DNA from: an uncultured Methanosarcinales archaeon
GTDB lineage: Archaea; Nanobdellota; Nanobdellia; Woesearchaeales; CAYMBN01
DNA length: 53,162 nt
Direction: 5' to 3'
Assembly: GCA_964388715.1 (NCBI GenBank)
Contig: CAYMBN010000010.1
Coordinates: 1 to 53,162 of the forward strand
Below, one piece after another: positions 18,748-28,536 of this stretch (positions are counted from its first letter, which is position 1; the number at the start of each line of letters is the position of its first letter). The notes below the pieces were generated by a model that saw only the letters and a program-made list of their open reading frames with translations, was not told the origin of the DNA and ran no database searches. A program made the translations under genes and the position numbers.

Positions 18748-19928
18748 TAACTCCAGCAAAAAGAATGGAAAAGATAACTTACGCAATTCGTGACGTAGTT
18801 GTTGAAGCAAAAAAATTAGAAAAACAAGGTAAAAAAATTCTTTATCTCAACATAGGAGATCCAAACAAATATGATTTTCAAACTCCTAAACATATGTGGA
18901 AAGGTATTGTAGATAATGAACAAAAATCAGAATGTTATGGATATGCCCTTGGTATAGATGAAGCACGTGTAGCAATAGCTAAAGATGCAAAGAAAAAAGG
19001 TGTTAATTGTAGTGAAGATGATATTATAATTGGTAATGGTGTAAGTGAAGTAATTCAAATGGCAGTTGCAGCATTAGTTAACAATGATAATAATATACTA
19101 ACTCCCAGCCCAGGTTATCCTTTGTACACTGGATTAGTTAATTACTTTCAATTACAAATGAATGAATATAAACTTGATGAAGAACAAGAATGGGAACCTG
19201 ATATTGACTCTATAAGAAAAAGCATAAACGAAAAAACAAAAGCACTTATTTTAATCAACCCAAATAATCCAACAGGTGGTATCTATAGTAAAAACAAACT
19301 TAAATCTATTTTAGATGTTGCAGGAGAACATAATCTTGTTATTTTTGCAGATGAAATCTATGATAAAATGCTTTTAGATGATGATTTAACACACCATTCT
19401 TGCGCAAATCTTGCAAAAGACTTACCAACTTTAACATTTGGTGGTTTAAGTAAGAATTATTTATGCCCTGGTTGGAGAGTTGGCTGGGCTTGCTTTACAG
19501 GTAATGGAATTGAAAATTATAAAGGAGCTGTTGCACAACTAGCAAGAGCAAGACTATGTAGTGTACATCCTCAACAATTTGCAGTAAAACCAGCTTTAGA
19601 AGGACCTCAGGACCACATACCTAAAACAAATGCTAAATTAAGAAAAAGAAGAGACTTAACCTTCAAAAGATTGAATGAAATTCCTGGATTAAGTTGTGTT
19701 AAACCAAAAGCAGCTTTCTACGCATTCCCAAAAATAAATTTAAATGTTGACGACAAAGAATTCATTATGAAACTATTACGCGAAGAAGGTGTATTAGGTG
19801 TATTTGGTTCTGGTTTTGGCACACTTGGAAAAGGACATTTCAGAATAGTATATCTTGCCCAGGATGATGTTCTAGCTAATGCTTACGATAAAATAGATAA
19901 TTTTGTGAAAAGAAATTATGTAAAATGA
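18744..19928 (+). CDS. PLP-dependent aminotransferase class I/II (alanine aminotransferase-like)
   Basis: YAIRDVV, LNIGDP, INPNNPTG, ADEIYD, GGLSKNYLCPGWRVGW. Confidence 0.93.
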   Translation: MITPAKRMEKITYAIRDVVVEAKKLEKQGKKILYLNIGDPNKYDFQTPKHMWKGIVDNEQKSECYGYALGIDEARVAIAKDAKKKGVNCSEDDIIIGNGVSEVIQMAVAALVNNDNNILTPSPGYPLYTGLVNYFQLQMNEYKLDEEQEWEPDIDSIRKSINEKTKALILINPNNPTGGIYSKNKLKSILDVAGEHNLVIFADEIYDKMLLDDDLTHHSCANLAKDLPTLTFGGLSKNYLCPGWRVGWACFTGNGIENYKGAVAQLARARLCSVHPQQFAVKPALEGPQDHIPKTNAKLRKRRDLTFKRLNEIPGLSCVKPKAAFYAFPKINLNVDDKEFIMKLLREEGVLGVFGSGFGTLGKGHFRIVYLAQDDVLANAYDKIDNFVKRNYVK

Positions 19929-21676
19929 AAAAAATAATTCTTTTACTATTAATTTTTTTATTAGTACCATGTGTTTTCGCTAAACAAGGCCATATGAAAC
20001 TCTTAGCTGTTTCAGAAACACCTACTGGCTATATTGGCAAAGACGCTGACCTTTATTTAGAAATTTTACCAGGTAATGGTCGTGTTTTTATCGAAACTTT
20101 TCCTTTAGCAAAACTTGACACACAAATCTCAACAAGGTTTGCAAAAGAAATTGCCTGTGACTTCCTAGAAGTTGATTGTAATAATTTTGATTTTATCTAC
20201 ACTATCAAAGCTAATAGTCCCATTATTGGTGGTCCTAGCGCAGGATCTTCTTTAACAATTTTAACAATATCTTTACTTGAGGAAATCCCTCTCAGAAAAG
20301 ATGTTGCAATCACAGGAACAATCAATTCAGGCGGTTTCATAGGTTCTGTTGGTGCTATAAAAGAAAAAATTGACGCAGCAAACAACGCAGGTATAAAAAC
20401 AGTTTTAATCCCAGAAGGAGAATCAATAATCAACGAAGAAGTTGACTCACTTTGGAAAGATCTGCCAGATGTAATTAAAGGAAAAGCAATAAACCAATCA
20501 AATATAACTCTTACTGCAGAAGATTATGCAAAAAAATACAATATAACAGTAATAGAAGTTTCAGACCTTTCAAAAGCATTTGAAGTTTTCACAGGAAAAA
20601 GATTTTACGAAGAAGAAGTTGAATTAACAATTGATGACAGCTATGAAGACACAATGAAATTACTAGGACAAATGTTATGTAATAGAAGCAAGGAACTATG
20701 GGCTGATATACAAAAATTAGACAAAAATAAAATTCAATTAAATATTGAATTAATTGAGTCAGCTGTTAATTTAAGTGATAAAGGTACTCAAGCATTCAGT
20801 AATAAAACTTATTATAGTGCAGCCTCTTTCTGTTTTGGAGCTAATTTTAATTTTCAACAAGCAATTGTAAATGCAAACAACTACACAAAACAAGAAAAAC
20901 ATTCTTTGTTTGAACAACTTAAACAAAAACAACTAGACTTTGAAACAGAAATAGACTCTTACCAAATAAAAACAATAACAGATTTACAAGCATACATGGT
21001 TGTTAAAGAACGTCTTAAAGAAACAAAAGAATTTCTTAACAAGAACGATACTTATAGTTTAGCATATTCTGCAGAAAGACTATTCAGTGCACAATCCTGG
21101 GCACATTTCTTTAACAAAAAAGGTAAAGAATTTGATTTCAACAAACAAATACTTAAAGAATCCTGTGAAAAAAAACTTTCTGAAGCAGAAGAACGATTTC
21201 AATATGTCTCATTCATGTTACCAGGAGTATTGGAAGACACAAGAAAAGAAATTGATTATGCTATCAAAGATAAAAACAATGAAGATTTCGAACTTTGCCT
21301 GTTTAAAGCATCAAAAGCAAAAGCAGAAACAGACATAATCCTAAATTTAATAGGTGTAAGTGACGAAAATGTCAAAAATATGATTGATAGTAAGATTAAA
21401 CTTGTCAAAAGACTCATATCAAAACAAATTAAAAAAGGAATTTTCCCAATCCTTGGTTACTCCTACTATGAATACGCTTCAACTTTAAAAGATGAAAACA
21501 AATACTCTTCCTTACTTTACCTTGAATACGCACTTGAACTAAGTAATCTTGAAATTTACTTCAAAGAAAAGAAAGATTTTGTATTTACTGACTTTAATAG
21601 TAAATGGTTTTTAATTGGTTTGCTTTCTGGTTATATAATATGTTTAATTATTAAACCCCTGGGAAATCCTCAATAG
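19925..21676 (+). CDS. Secreted/membrane-anchored S16 (Lon-like) serine protease without ATPase domain
   Basis: Signal peptide, IGGPSAG (Ser), ITGTINSGG.IGSVGAIKEK (Lys), helical C-domain, C-terminal TM. Confidence 0.88.
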   Translation: MKKIILLLLIFLLVPCVFAKQGHMKLLAVSETPTGYIGKDADLYLEILPGNGRVFIETFPLAKLDTQISTRFAKEIACDFLEVDCNNFDFIYTIKANSPIIGGPSAGSSLTILTISLLEEIPLRKDVAITGTINSGGFIGSVGAIKEKIDAANNAGIKTVLIPEGESIINEEVDSLWKDLPDVIKGKAINQSNITLTAEDYAKKYNITVIEVSDLSKAFEVFTGKRFYEEEVELTIDDSYEDTMKLLGQMLCNRSKELWADIQKLDKNKIQLNIELIESAVNLSDKGTQAFSNKTYYSAASFCFGANFNFQQAIVNANNYTKQEKHSLFEQLKQKQLDFETEIDSYQIKTITDLQAYMVVKERLKETKEFLNKNDTYSLAYSAERLFSAQSWAHFFNKKGKEFDFNKQILKESCEKKLSEAEERFQYVSFMLPGVLEDTRKEIDYAIKDKNNEDFELCLFKASKAKAETDIILNLIGVSDENVKNMIDSKIKLVKRLISKQIKKGIFPILGYSYYEYASTLKDENKYSSLLYLEYALELSNLEIYFKEKKDFVFTDFNSKWFLIGLLSGYIICLIIKPLGNPQ

Positions 21677-21780
21677 AGAACTTCCGAGGGGAAAAAGAGG
21701 TGATAGATAAATTAAATCTATCTGGGTATTATTAAGAATAGATTTTATTTAAACCTTTCTATTTTAGAGTACTCCAGAGT
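21653..21780 (-). ncRNA. Candidate structured ncRNA (unassigned family)
   Basis: Three minus-strand hairpins. The last, CCCCT-C-GGAAGTTCTC-TATT-GAGGATTTCC-C-AGGGG, has G.U pairs only on this strand. TTTAAAGA TATA-like box upstream. Confidence 0.4.
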
Positions 21781-21831
21781 GGTAATGAAAATATCAAATT
21801 CTTTAAATATAGGCTCTCTTTTTTATGAATT

Positions 21832-22329
21832 ATGAAATGTATCAAATGCAAGAAAAAGCAATTTTCTCTAATGTACTTAGATAAAAAACTCTGTAAAAAT
21901 TGTTATCTTAAAGTCATCGAACATCGGTTACGAAAACACATGAGAATTAATAAATTATTCAAAAAAAATGATACAGTACTTGTTAAAGATCCTATTTGTG
22001 AATACCTATTACAAGATTTCCCAATCAAAATCATAAAGAAAGGCAAATACAACAAAAAAGTACTTGCTTGGACACTTGATGATGAAGACAACATGTTCCT
22101 TGAATACTTATTTGAGAACAAAAACATCAAAGAAAACAAAAAGGATATCAAATTACTACTTCCAATCGCAGATGAATACATTGCTCAATTCTGCAAACTA
22201 AAAAAAATCAAATTCAAGCCAAACAAAGGCAAGTACAAGTATTTCTTAAACAAAGTAGGAGACAAAAGCATCAAATATAGCCTTGGCAAAAGCATCAGAA
22301 AACTCAAATGTATTCTAAAGGATAATTAA
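21832..22329 (+). CDS. Truncated TtuA/Ncs6-like protein (Zn finger retained, PP-loop absent)
   Basis: CIKC..LCKNCYLKVIEHRLRK..LFKKND, then WTLDD (HxLDD-like) and IKLLL..EYIAQFC. No SGGKDS; only 165 aa. Confidence 0.6.
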   Translation: MKCIKCKKKQFSLMYLDKKLCKNCYLKVIEHRLRKHMRINKLFKKNDTVLVKDPICEYLLQDFPIKIIKKGKYNKKVLAWTLDDEDNMFLEYLFENKNIKENKKDIKLLLPIADEYIAQFCKLKKIKFKPNKGKYKYFLNKVGDKSIKYSLGKSIRKLKCILKDN

Positions 22330-22364
22330 ATATTTAAATTTTACATTTTTAATTAATTATAACA

Positions 22365-23720
22365 ATGAAATATCTTCCATTAATCCTAATCTTACTCCTC
22401 ACTTCTTGTTCTACAGAAAAAATCCAACTAATCCCAGAAGAATCTGCAAAACACATGCAAGTATATTTTTGCCCAAAAGATGATTGTAATGGTGAACTTA
22501 CCAAAACAATTCTCTCTGCCAAAGAATATGTTTATTGTGCACTCTTTGATCTCAATCTAGAAGATGTTAAAGAAGCATTATACAATCAATCTGAAAAAAT
22601 CAATGTTAGTGTTGTTGTTGATGATCACAATTACAAAAAAGTAAATGAATTTGACTTTGTCAGAAAAGATACCTCAGGCCAACTAAGCCATAACAAATTC
22701 TGTGTAATTGATGATAATCTAGTTTGGACAGGAAGTTTCAATCCAACAGAAAACGGAGCATTCCTAAACAACAACAATGCATTAAGAATTCCTTCTAAAC
22801 TACTTGCACAAAACTATAAATCAGAATTTTTTGAATTATGGAACAAAAAATTTGGCAGAGGTTATAAAGTAAAAAACCCAAAAATAATTTTAAACGGAAA
22901 ACTAATTGAAAACTATTTCTGTCCAGAAGATTATTGCGGTTACAAAGTAATAGATGTCCTAGACAACGCAAGAGAATCAATTTATTTCATGATCTTCAGC
23001 TTCACTCATGATTACATTGGACAAAAAATTCTTGAAAAACACAACCAAAGCCTTGAAATAAAAGGTGTTTTTGAAAGAACACAAAAAAACGCTTACACAG
23101 AATTTGATAAATTCAATGAATCAGGCATGGAAATCAAATGGGATATGAATTCTAACAACATGCATCACAAAGTTTTCATAATTGACAATAAAACAGTTGT
23201 AACAGGCAGCTTCAACCCGTCAAAAAACGCAGATACAAACAATGATGAAAATGTTATCATTATCCATGATCCAAAAATAGCTCAAAAATATCTTAAAGAA
23301 TTTGAATTTGTCTGGAATCCTTTAGCAGGAGAAATAACAGACTTTCTTTTCATAAGCGAAGTGTATTATGACACAGATGGAAAAGACTCTGAATTAGAGT
23401 TCATAGAATTGTATAATCCTTTTGATTATGATATTGATGTTAATTACTGGAAATTAAATAGAAAAAAAATAAATCATAGATTAAAAGGTATTATAAAAAG
23501 TAAAGAAACAATGGTTATTAACCCTAAATTTAGCTTACCAAACAAAGGAGGAACACTTTTTCTAAAAAACAAACTTGGCCAAGAAATTGATAAAGTATCT
23601 TGGGAACTAAACTCTTCATTAGAAGCACAAAAAGGTCAATCAATCCAAAGAAAAACCTTCTACAAAGTAAACAACGAAGAAGAATGGTTTGTATCAGAAC
23701 CAACTAAAGGAAAAGTTTAA
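22365..23720 (+). CDS. Phospholipase D-superfamily (two HKD) nuclease/lipase with C-terminal lamin-tail domain; lipoprotein-like signal
   Basis: LLLTSC, HNKFCVID..WTGSFN, HHKVFIID..TGSFN, ISEVYYD..EFIELYNP. Confidence 0.88.
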   Translation: MKYLPLILILLLTSCSTEKIQLIPEESAKHMQVYFCPKDDCNGELTKTILSAKEYVYCALFDLNLEDVKEALYNQSEKINVSVVVDDHNYKKVNEFDFVRKDTSGQLSHNKFCVIDDNLVWTGSFNPTENGAFLNNNNALRIPSKLLAQNYKSEFFELWNKKFGRGYKVKNPKIILNGKLIENYFCPEDYCGYKVIDVLDNARESIYFMIFSFTHDYIGQKILEKHNQSLEIKGVFERTQKNAYTEFDKFNESGMEIKWDMNSNNMHHKVFIIDNKTVVTGSFNPSKNADTNNDENVIIIHDPKIAQKYLKEFEFVWNPLAGEITDFLFISEVYYDTDGKDSELEFIELYNPFDYDIDVNYWKLNRKKINHRLKGIIKSKETMVINPKFSLPNKGGTLFLKNKLGQEIDKVSWELNSSLEAQKGQSIQRKTFYKVNNEEEWFVSEPTKGKV

Positions 23721-24439
23721 TTTTTATTTGGTTTAGCCATATCCCATAACATCTTAATGAAATTTCTAAAAGATTCCGCAAAATGCTTGTTGTAGATTAA
23801 AATTATTGTTAAAGGTTCCCAGATATGTAGGGCAACGAAATCTCCAAAGACCATTGCAGGATTTGGATTAAAATGTTGTTTTGATATGAACCTATAATGG
23901 GTTGTGGGATTATCATATAAGAATTTTGCACCTTCTTGGACAACACAATATTCATGAATATTTTTTTCTTTCAATTGTCTAAAGTATTGTTTCATTACAA
24001 TAGGGAATAATTTTTCATATTTTGATTCGTCAAAACCTATTGTCCAGCCATCTTTTCCTTCTCTTATAACAGAATTGAGTAATGCTTTCCAACCTTCCCT
24101 ACCTCTTAACACTTCTACTTTTATATCTTCTTTTTTGTAATTAGCTAATTTATTTAATTCTGGTAAGATTTGTTGTAAATGATCTCTTTTTTCATTAAGA
24201 AAATCCATCAATCTATTTGGATGTGTTGCTTGGTAATAATGTTTATTTTTCTTAGTAACATAGCTAACTAATGCTTTGTTAATCAGTTTTTCAATAAAAT
24301 CATAAATTGTGGTTCTGTGCATGCCTGTTTCTTCTTTTATGTGGCTTACAGGGCATGGTCCTAGTTTAAGCAAGGCTAAATAAACCTTAATTTCGCCTTC
24401 AGAAAGCCCTAATTCTGCTAATACAGTTCTTGTATCCAT
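23717..24439 (-). CDS. TrmB-family transcriptional regulator
   Basis: LGLSEGEIKVYLALL wHTH, HRTTIYD..L..KALV, C-terminal effector domain ending F..LW..AK. Confidence 0.9.
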   Translation of the reverse strand: MDTRTVLAELGLSEGEIKVYLALLKLGPCPVSHIKEETGMHRTTIYDFIEKLINKALVSYVTKKNKHYYQATHPNRLMDFLNEKRDHLQQILPELNKLANYKKEDIKVEVLRGREGWKALLNSVIREGKDGWTIGFDESKYEKLFPIVMKQYFRQLKEKNIHEYCVVQEGAKFLYDNPTTHYRFISKQHFNPNPAMVFGDFVALHIWEPLTIILIYNKHFAESFRNFIKMLWDMAKPNKN

Positions 24440-24475
24440 ATAATGCCTTAAGCTTAAGAACTATATAAATCTTCC

Positions 24476-24503
24476 TATTGTTGTCGGAAAAACGACAACA
24501 ATA
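24476..24503. promoter_or_regulatory. Perfect 11-bp inverted repeat (probable TrmB operator) between divergent TATA boxes
   Basis: TATTGTTGTCG-GAAAAA-CGACAACAATA, with TTTATATA boxes on either side (minus 24462-24469, plus 24505-24512). Confidence 0.65.
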
Positions 24504-24563
24504 TTTTATATACTCTCTTATTTTGTTATTACTTTAAAATAACAAATTATGGAAGGTGATCAA

Positions 24564-25298
24564 ATGTCAGAACAAGAATCAAATGAAAATACTGAAGAAT
24601 CAAGTCAGGAAGAAATGACTTTGGAAGATATTGTTAGTCAGAAAGCTCAGAAAGGTGAAGAGGTTGTTGTTGAAGTTATCTGTACTGGTAATAGTGGAAG
24701 AAGTCCTCAAGGTGAAACTTATGGAAACAATTATGTTAAAGAGAAAGGTCTAGACAAAAAAATCAAGTTTGTTTCTAGTGGAACAGGTGTTGAATCTATT
24801 GAAGAAATGACTTTATCAGAAAAAGATCAATTACTTTACATTAAGATTGCTCATGAACATGGTGCTTTCAAAGGTGAAGCTAAAGCTGTTGCAGATGAAA
24901 TTCTTTCTAGAAATAATACAGACACTAAAACAATTAAATCATATGCAGTACACGCTATGAAGGCTTTAGAATATGAAGAACATATGCATAGAGATAATGT
25001 ATTATTTAGTTATGGTTTAGTTTTGGATCCTAATTTTAAGTCAAAACAGACAATAGCAAGTTCAGAAGTAACAATTGTTCTTCCAATGAAACAATCAAAT
25101 GCTGATCAAGCTAAAGAAATCTATAACAAAGCTGGACTACACCCACACATTGAACCACTAAATAGCTTTGCAGATTTACCAGGAGACATTCCAGATCCTT
25201 TTGGTGGAAACTATGAAACTTTTGCAAAATCAGGAGCTGCAATAAAAAAAGCTGTTGAACTTTCTGTTGATAAAATAGTGGAGTTGTATGTAAAATGA
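24564..25298 (+). CDS. Low-molecular-weight protein-tyrosine-phosphatase/ArsC-fold protein with internal insertion
   Basis: GGTGAT RBS before ATG 24564. P-loop [26 protein letters not shown]. Confidence 0.8.
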   Translation: MSEQESNENTEESSQEEMTLEDIVSQKAQKGEEVVVEVICTGNSGRSPQGETYGNNYVKEKGLDKKIKFVSSGTGVESIEEMTLSEKDQLLYIKIAHEHGAFKGEAKAVADEILSRNNTDTKTIKSYAVHAMKALEYEEHMHRDNVLFSYGLVLDPNFKSKQTIASSEVTIVLPMKQSNADQAKEIYNKAGLHPHIEPLNSFADLPGDIPDPFGGNYETFAKSGAAIKKAVELSVDKIVELYVK

Positions 25299-26773
25299 TA
25301 ACCAAAAAAAGGGGTAACTTTGAGTTCTCTTGGGGAGAACAACACTCAATGATATCAATAGAATTATGGTTAAAATCATATCCTCATTTTAGAGATGTTA
25401 TTGCAAATGAAAATAAGAGTGTTTTCATGCGTGTAAAAAAAGGAATGGTTCATACATATAATCTCAAAAAAGATTTTGAAGGTGCTTTTGATGTTGGGAA
25501 GAAACTTGTTGAAAAAGGCTTTTTAGATAGACATCTTAGTGTGTCTAGGTTTGTTAGAACTAGGTTTAAGAGTCTATTTAAAGAAATTTCTAAAGTCAAT
25601 TTAAAAACATTAAGTAACTTAAAATTAAGTAATTATTTACACCTTCAAAGAGAGTTACGTGAACAAATTTTTGCTTTCTTTAAAGTTTCTCAACCAGAAT
25701 ATTTGAAATTTGCAGAGAAAATATTGAAAAAATTACTTGAGAAAAATTTTGATCAGAAAGAACAAATGGTTAGTGCTTTTATCACACTTACAACTCCAAC
25801 TGAATTTGATATAATCAAAGAAGAAAGGATTGCAGCTTTGAAATTATCTTTTAATAAAATTCTTACAGAAAAGAATTTATTAGATTATAGTCAAAAGTTT
25901 CCGTGGTTGTTCTTTAACACTTATGATAAATCATTAGTTATTAAATTTTTAAAAGAAAAATTTTCTGGTTTACAGAAAATACCTATTGTTGAAAGGAAGA
26001 AAGAGTTAGAATCAATATATAAAGAACTAGAGGAACACAAGCAAAAAATTCAAGAAGTTCTTTCTATGATTCAATATGATCAAGAAGAAGTAGAAAGATT
26101 GTCAAATGTATTTTGTTCATTAGCAGTTGATAGGTTAAAACTAAAAGCATGGTGGGGTGGAGTTGATTATTTATTTTTAGGTTTTTTTACTGAGATAAGT
26201 AATCGTGTTGGAATTCCTGTTGAAGATTTTTTAATGACATACAGTTTTAATGATATGATTGATTTTTTAGATACAGAAAAAGTTCTTTCTCAAGAAGAAA
26301 TGAATCTTAGAAGAAATTTCTATGTTCTACATCTTAACAAAAATTCTTTAAATCTTCTTGTTGGAAAAGATGCACATTCTCTTTATTTAAAACATATTGG
26401 TGAACATGTTAAAGAAAAAACAAAGAAAGAGATTAAAGGTACTTCTGCTAGCATAGGAAAAGTAAGAGGACGTGCTCGTATAATTAGAGTTGAAGGTTTA
26501 AATACATTAATGAAAGACATGAAGCAATTTCAAAAAGGTGACATAATGGTTACTACAATGACACAACCTACAATGGTTCCTATTGCTAGGAAAGCAGCTG
26601 CAATAGTAACAAACGAAGGTGGAATAACATCACATGCTTCAATAATTGCAAGGGAATTTGAAATACCATGTGTTGTTGGCACCAAAGTAGCAACTAAAGT
26701 AATCAAGGATGGTGACTTGATAGAAGTTGATGGTGATAAAGGGATTGTTAAAATCACCAAAAATAAAAGTTAA
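25295..26773 (+). CDS. PEP-utilising-enzyme mobile (phospho-His swivel) domain protein, second paralog
   Basis: [53 protein letters not shown] overlap with the upstream phosphatase-fold gene. Confidence 0.85.
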   Translation: MITKKRGNFEFSWGEQHSMISIELWLKSYPHFRDVIANENKSVFMRVKKGMVHTYNLKKDFEGAFDVGKKLVEKGFLDRHLSVSRFVRTRFKSLFKEISKVNLKTLSNLKLSNYLHLQRELREQIFAFFKVSQPEYLKFAEKILKKLLEKNFDQKEQMVSAFITLTTPTEFDIIKEERIAALKLSFNKILTEKNLLDYSQKFPWLFFNTYDKSLVIKFLKEKFSGLQKIPIVERKKELESIYKELEEHKQKIQEVLSMIQYDQEEVERLSNVFCSLAVDRLKLKAWWGGVDYLFLGFFTEISNRVGIPVEDFLMTYSFNDMIDFLDTEKVLSQEEMNLRRNFYVLHLNKNSLNLLVGKDAHSLYLKHIGEHVKEKTKKEIKGTSASIGKVRGRARIIRVEGLNTLMKDMKQFQKGDIMVTTMTQPTMVPIARKAAAIVTNEGGITSHASIIAREFEIPCVVGTKVATKVIKDGDLIEVDGDKGIVKITKNKS

Positions 26774-26804
26774 TTTTATAAACATCCTCCCAAATCCTTC
26801 TTCC

Positions 26805-27455
26805 ATGAAATACAAACTAGTAGTATTTGACCTTGATGGTACAATTGTTGATGATGTTATTTTTATTTGGCAAACCCTACATGATCATTTTAAAACAGAT
26901 AAAAAAGAACGACAATGGGCAATTGACCAATTCCACTCAAAAAAATTAACTTATCATGATTGGGCAATGTATGATTTTACTTTATTCAAAAAGGCAGGTG
27001 CACTAAAAAAGGATTTTCTCGATGCATTTGAGCCATTAAAACTGATTCCCAATGCATTAGAAACACTAAAAACACTAAAGAAAAAAGGTGTAAAGCTTGT
27101 TGTAATCTCTGGTTCACTTAATCTTGTTATTGAAAAATTAATTCCTAATCACAAAGAACTTTTTGATTATGTCCTTATTAATGAAATTCACTTTAACAAA
27201 GATGGTACTTTAAAACAAATGATACCAACTAAATATGATTTTGAACATAAACTAACAGGGTTAAAAACTATCACAGAAAAAGAAAATATCAAACTAGAAG
27301 AATGTGTTTTTGTAGGTGATCATTATAATGATGTCCAGATAGCTGAAAAATGCGGTTTAAGCATTGCATTCAACTGTAAAAGTGATGAATTAGCACAAAT
27401 ATCAGACATAATCATCAAAAAAAAGGACTTAAAAGAAATCCTTAATTTCATCTAA
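26805..27455 (+). CDS. HAD-superfamily phosphatase (phosphoserine phosphatase-like)
   Basis: Start reassigned to 26805. VFDLDGT, VISGS, K, FVGDHYNDV. Confidence 0.88.
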   Translation: MKYKLVVFDLDGTIVDDVIFIWQTLHDHFKTDKKERQWAIDQFHSKKLTYHDWAMYDFTLFKKAGALKKDFLDAFEPLKLIPNALETLKTLKKKGVKLVVISGSLNLVIEKLIPNHKELFDYVLINEIHFNKDGTLKQMIPTKYDFEHKLTGLKTITEKENIKLEECVFVGDHYNDVQIAEKCGLSIAFNCKSDELAQISDIIIKKKDLKEILNFI

Positions 27456-27546
27456 TTCTGGTAACAAAATCCCTTTAATTCAATCATAAACTTTATAAAT
27501 AAAAGTGCAAAATTAAGATATATTGGTTATTGGGGAGGTTAATACT

Positions 27547-27720
27547 ATGAGCGCAGCAGGAAAGTTTTTTAAGATTTTATTTGGACTTTTGTTAATTGTA
27601 GCAGGTGTACTAAGTTACACAAGATGGTACATGGAATTACTAACATTAATAAAAGGTGCATTAGGTTTATTTGTTATGATGCTAGGCCTATTATTCTTAG
27701 TAATCGGCTGGTCTGATTAA
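27547..27720 (+). CDS. Small two-helix membrane protein
   Basis: GGAGGT RBS before ATG 27547; two hydrophobic segments. Confidence 0.7.
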   Translation: MSAAGKFFKILFGLLLIVAGVLSYTRWYMELLTLIKGALGLFVMMLGLLFLVIGWSD

Positions 27721-27756
27721 GAAAACCTTATAAATCATACAATTATTTCTTTTTTT

Positions 27757-28536
27757 ATGTTAATAGATATACATTCACATCTAGACCATCCATTAATATA
27801 CAAACAAATAGATAAAGTAATCTCTGAAAGCAAAAAAAATAATGTCAAAGTAATAATTACTTCTGGAATCAACAAATCCTCAAACAGAATCGCTTTAGAA
27901 CTCAGCAAAAAATATGACATTGTTAAATGTTCACTTGGCTTATATCCAATTGACGCGCTAGTAACAGAGATGAGTTCAGGAGAATACGCTTACTTAAAAG
28001 AAGAATTCAATATTGATGAAGAACTTGCTTGGATAAAAAACAACAAAAACAATTGCATTGCAATCGGTGAAATAGGAATGGACCTTAAAACAGGCTCAGA
28101 TATCAATTCTCAAAAACAACTTTTCATTAAACAACTTGAACTTGCAAAAAAACTAAAAAAACCAGTTATTATTCATTCACGTAAAGCAGAAAAACAAGTT
28201 TTTGAAATACTCCAAACAATAAAACCAAAAAACATCATAATGCATTGCTTCGGAGGAAAACTAAAACTAGTTAAAGAAATGACTGAGCAAGGATATTATT
28301 TTTCTATCCCAGCAAGTGTTGTCAGAACAGAACACTTCCAAAAAATAGTAGAAATAGTAAACATAAACCAACTCCTAACAGAAACAGACGCACCTTTACA
28401 ATCTCCTTACAAAGACAAAATCAACATGCCATGGTATGTAATTGAAACAATAAAAAAGATTGCAGAAATAAAAAACCTAACTCCAGAAGAAGTAACAAAC
28501 AACATCTTCATGAATTATCAAAAGGTTTTCTTATGA
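27757..28536 (+). CDS. tatD: TatD family nuclease
   Basis: IDIHSHL, IGEIGMD, IIHSR, MHCF, LTETDAP. Confidence 0.95.
   Translation: MLIDIHSHLDHPLIYKQIDKVISESKKNNVKVIITSGINKSSNRIALELSKKYDIVKCSLGLYPIDALVTEMSSGEYAYLKEEFNIDEELAWIKNNKNNCIAIGEIGMDLKTGSDINSQKQLFIKQLELAKKLKKPVIIHSRKAEKQVFEILQTIKPKNIIMHCFGGKLKLVKEMTEQGYYFSIPASVVRTEHFQKIVEIVNINQLLTETDAPLQSPYKDKINMPWYVIETIKKIAEIKNLTPEEVTNNIFMNYQKVFL

Noticed and set aside
21653..21780. RNase P RNA or 16S rRNA fragment
   Set aside because: No GAGGAAAGTCC/AACAGAA P4 pair. Only 8 nt match the 16S 3' end, with no helix 45.
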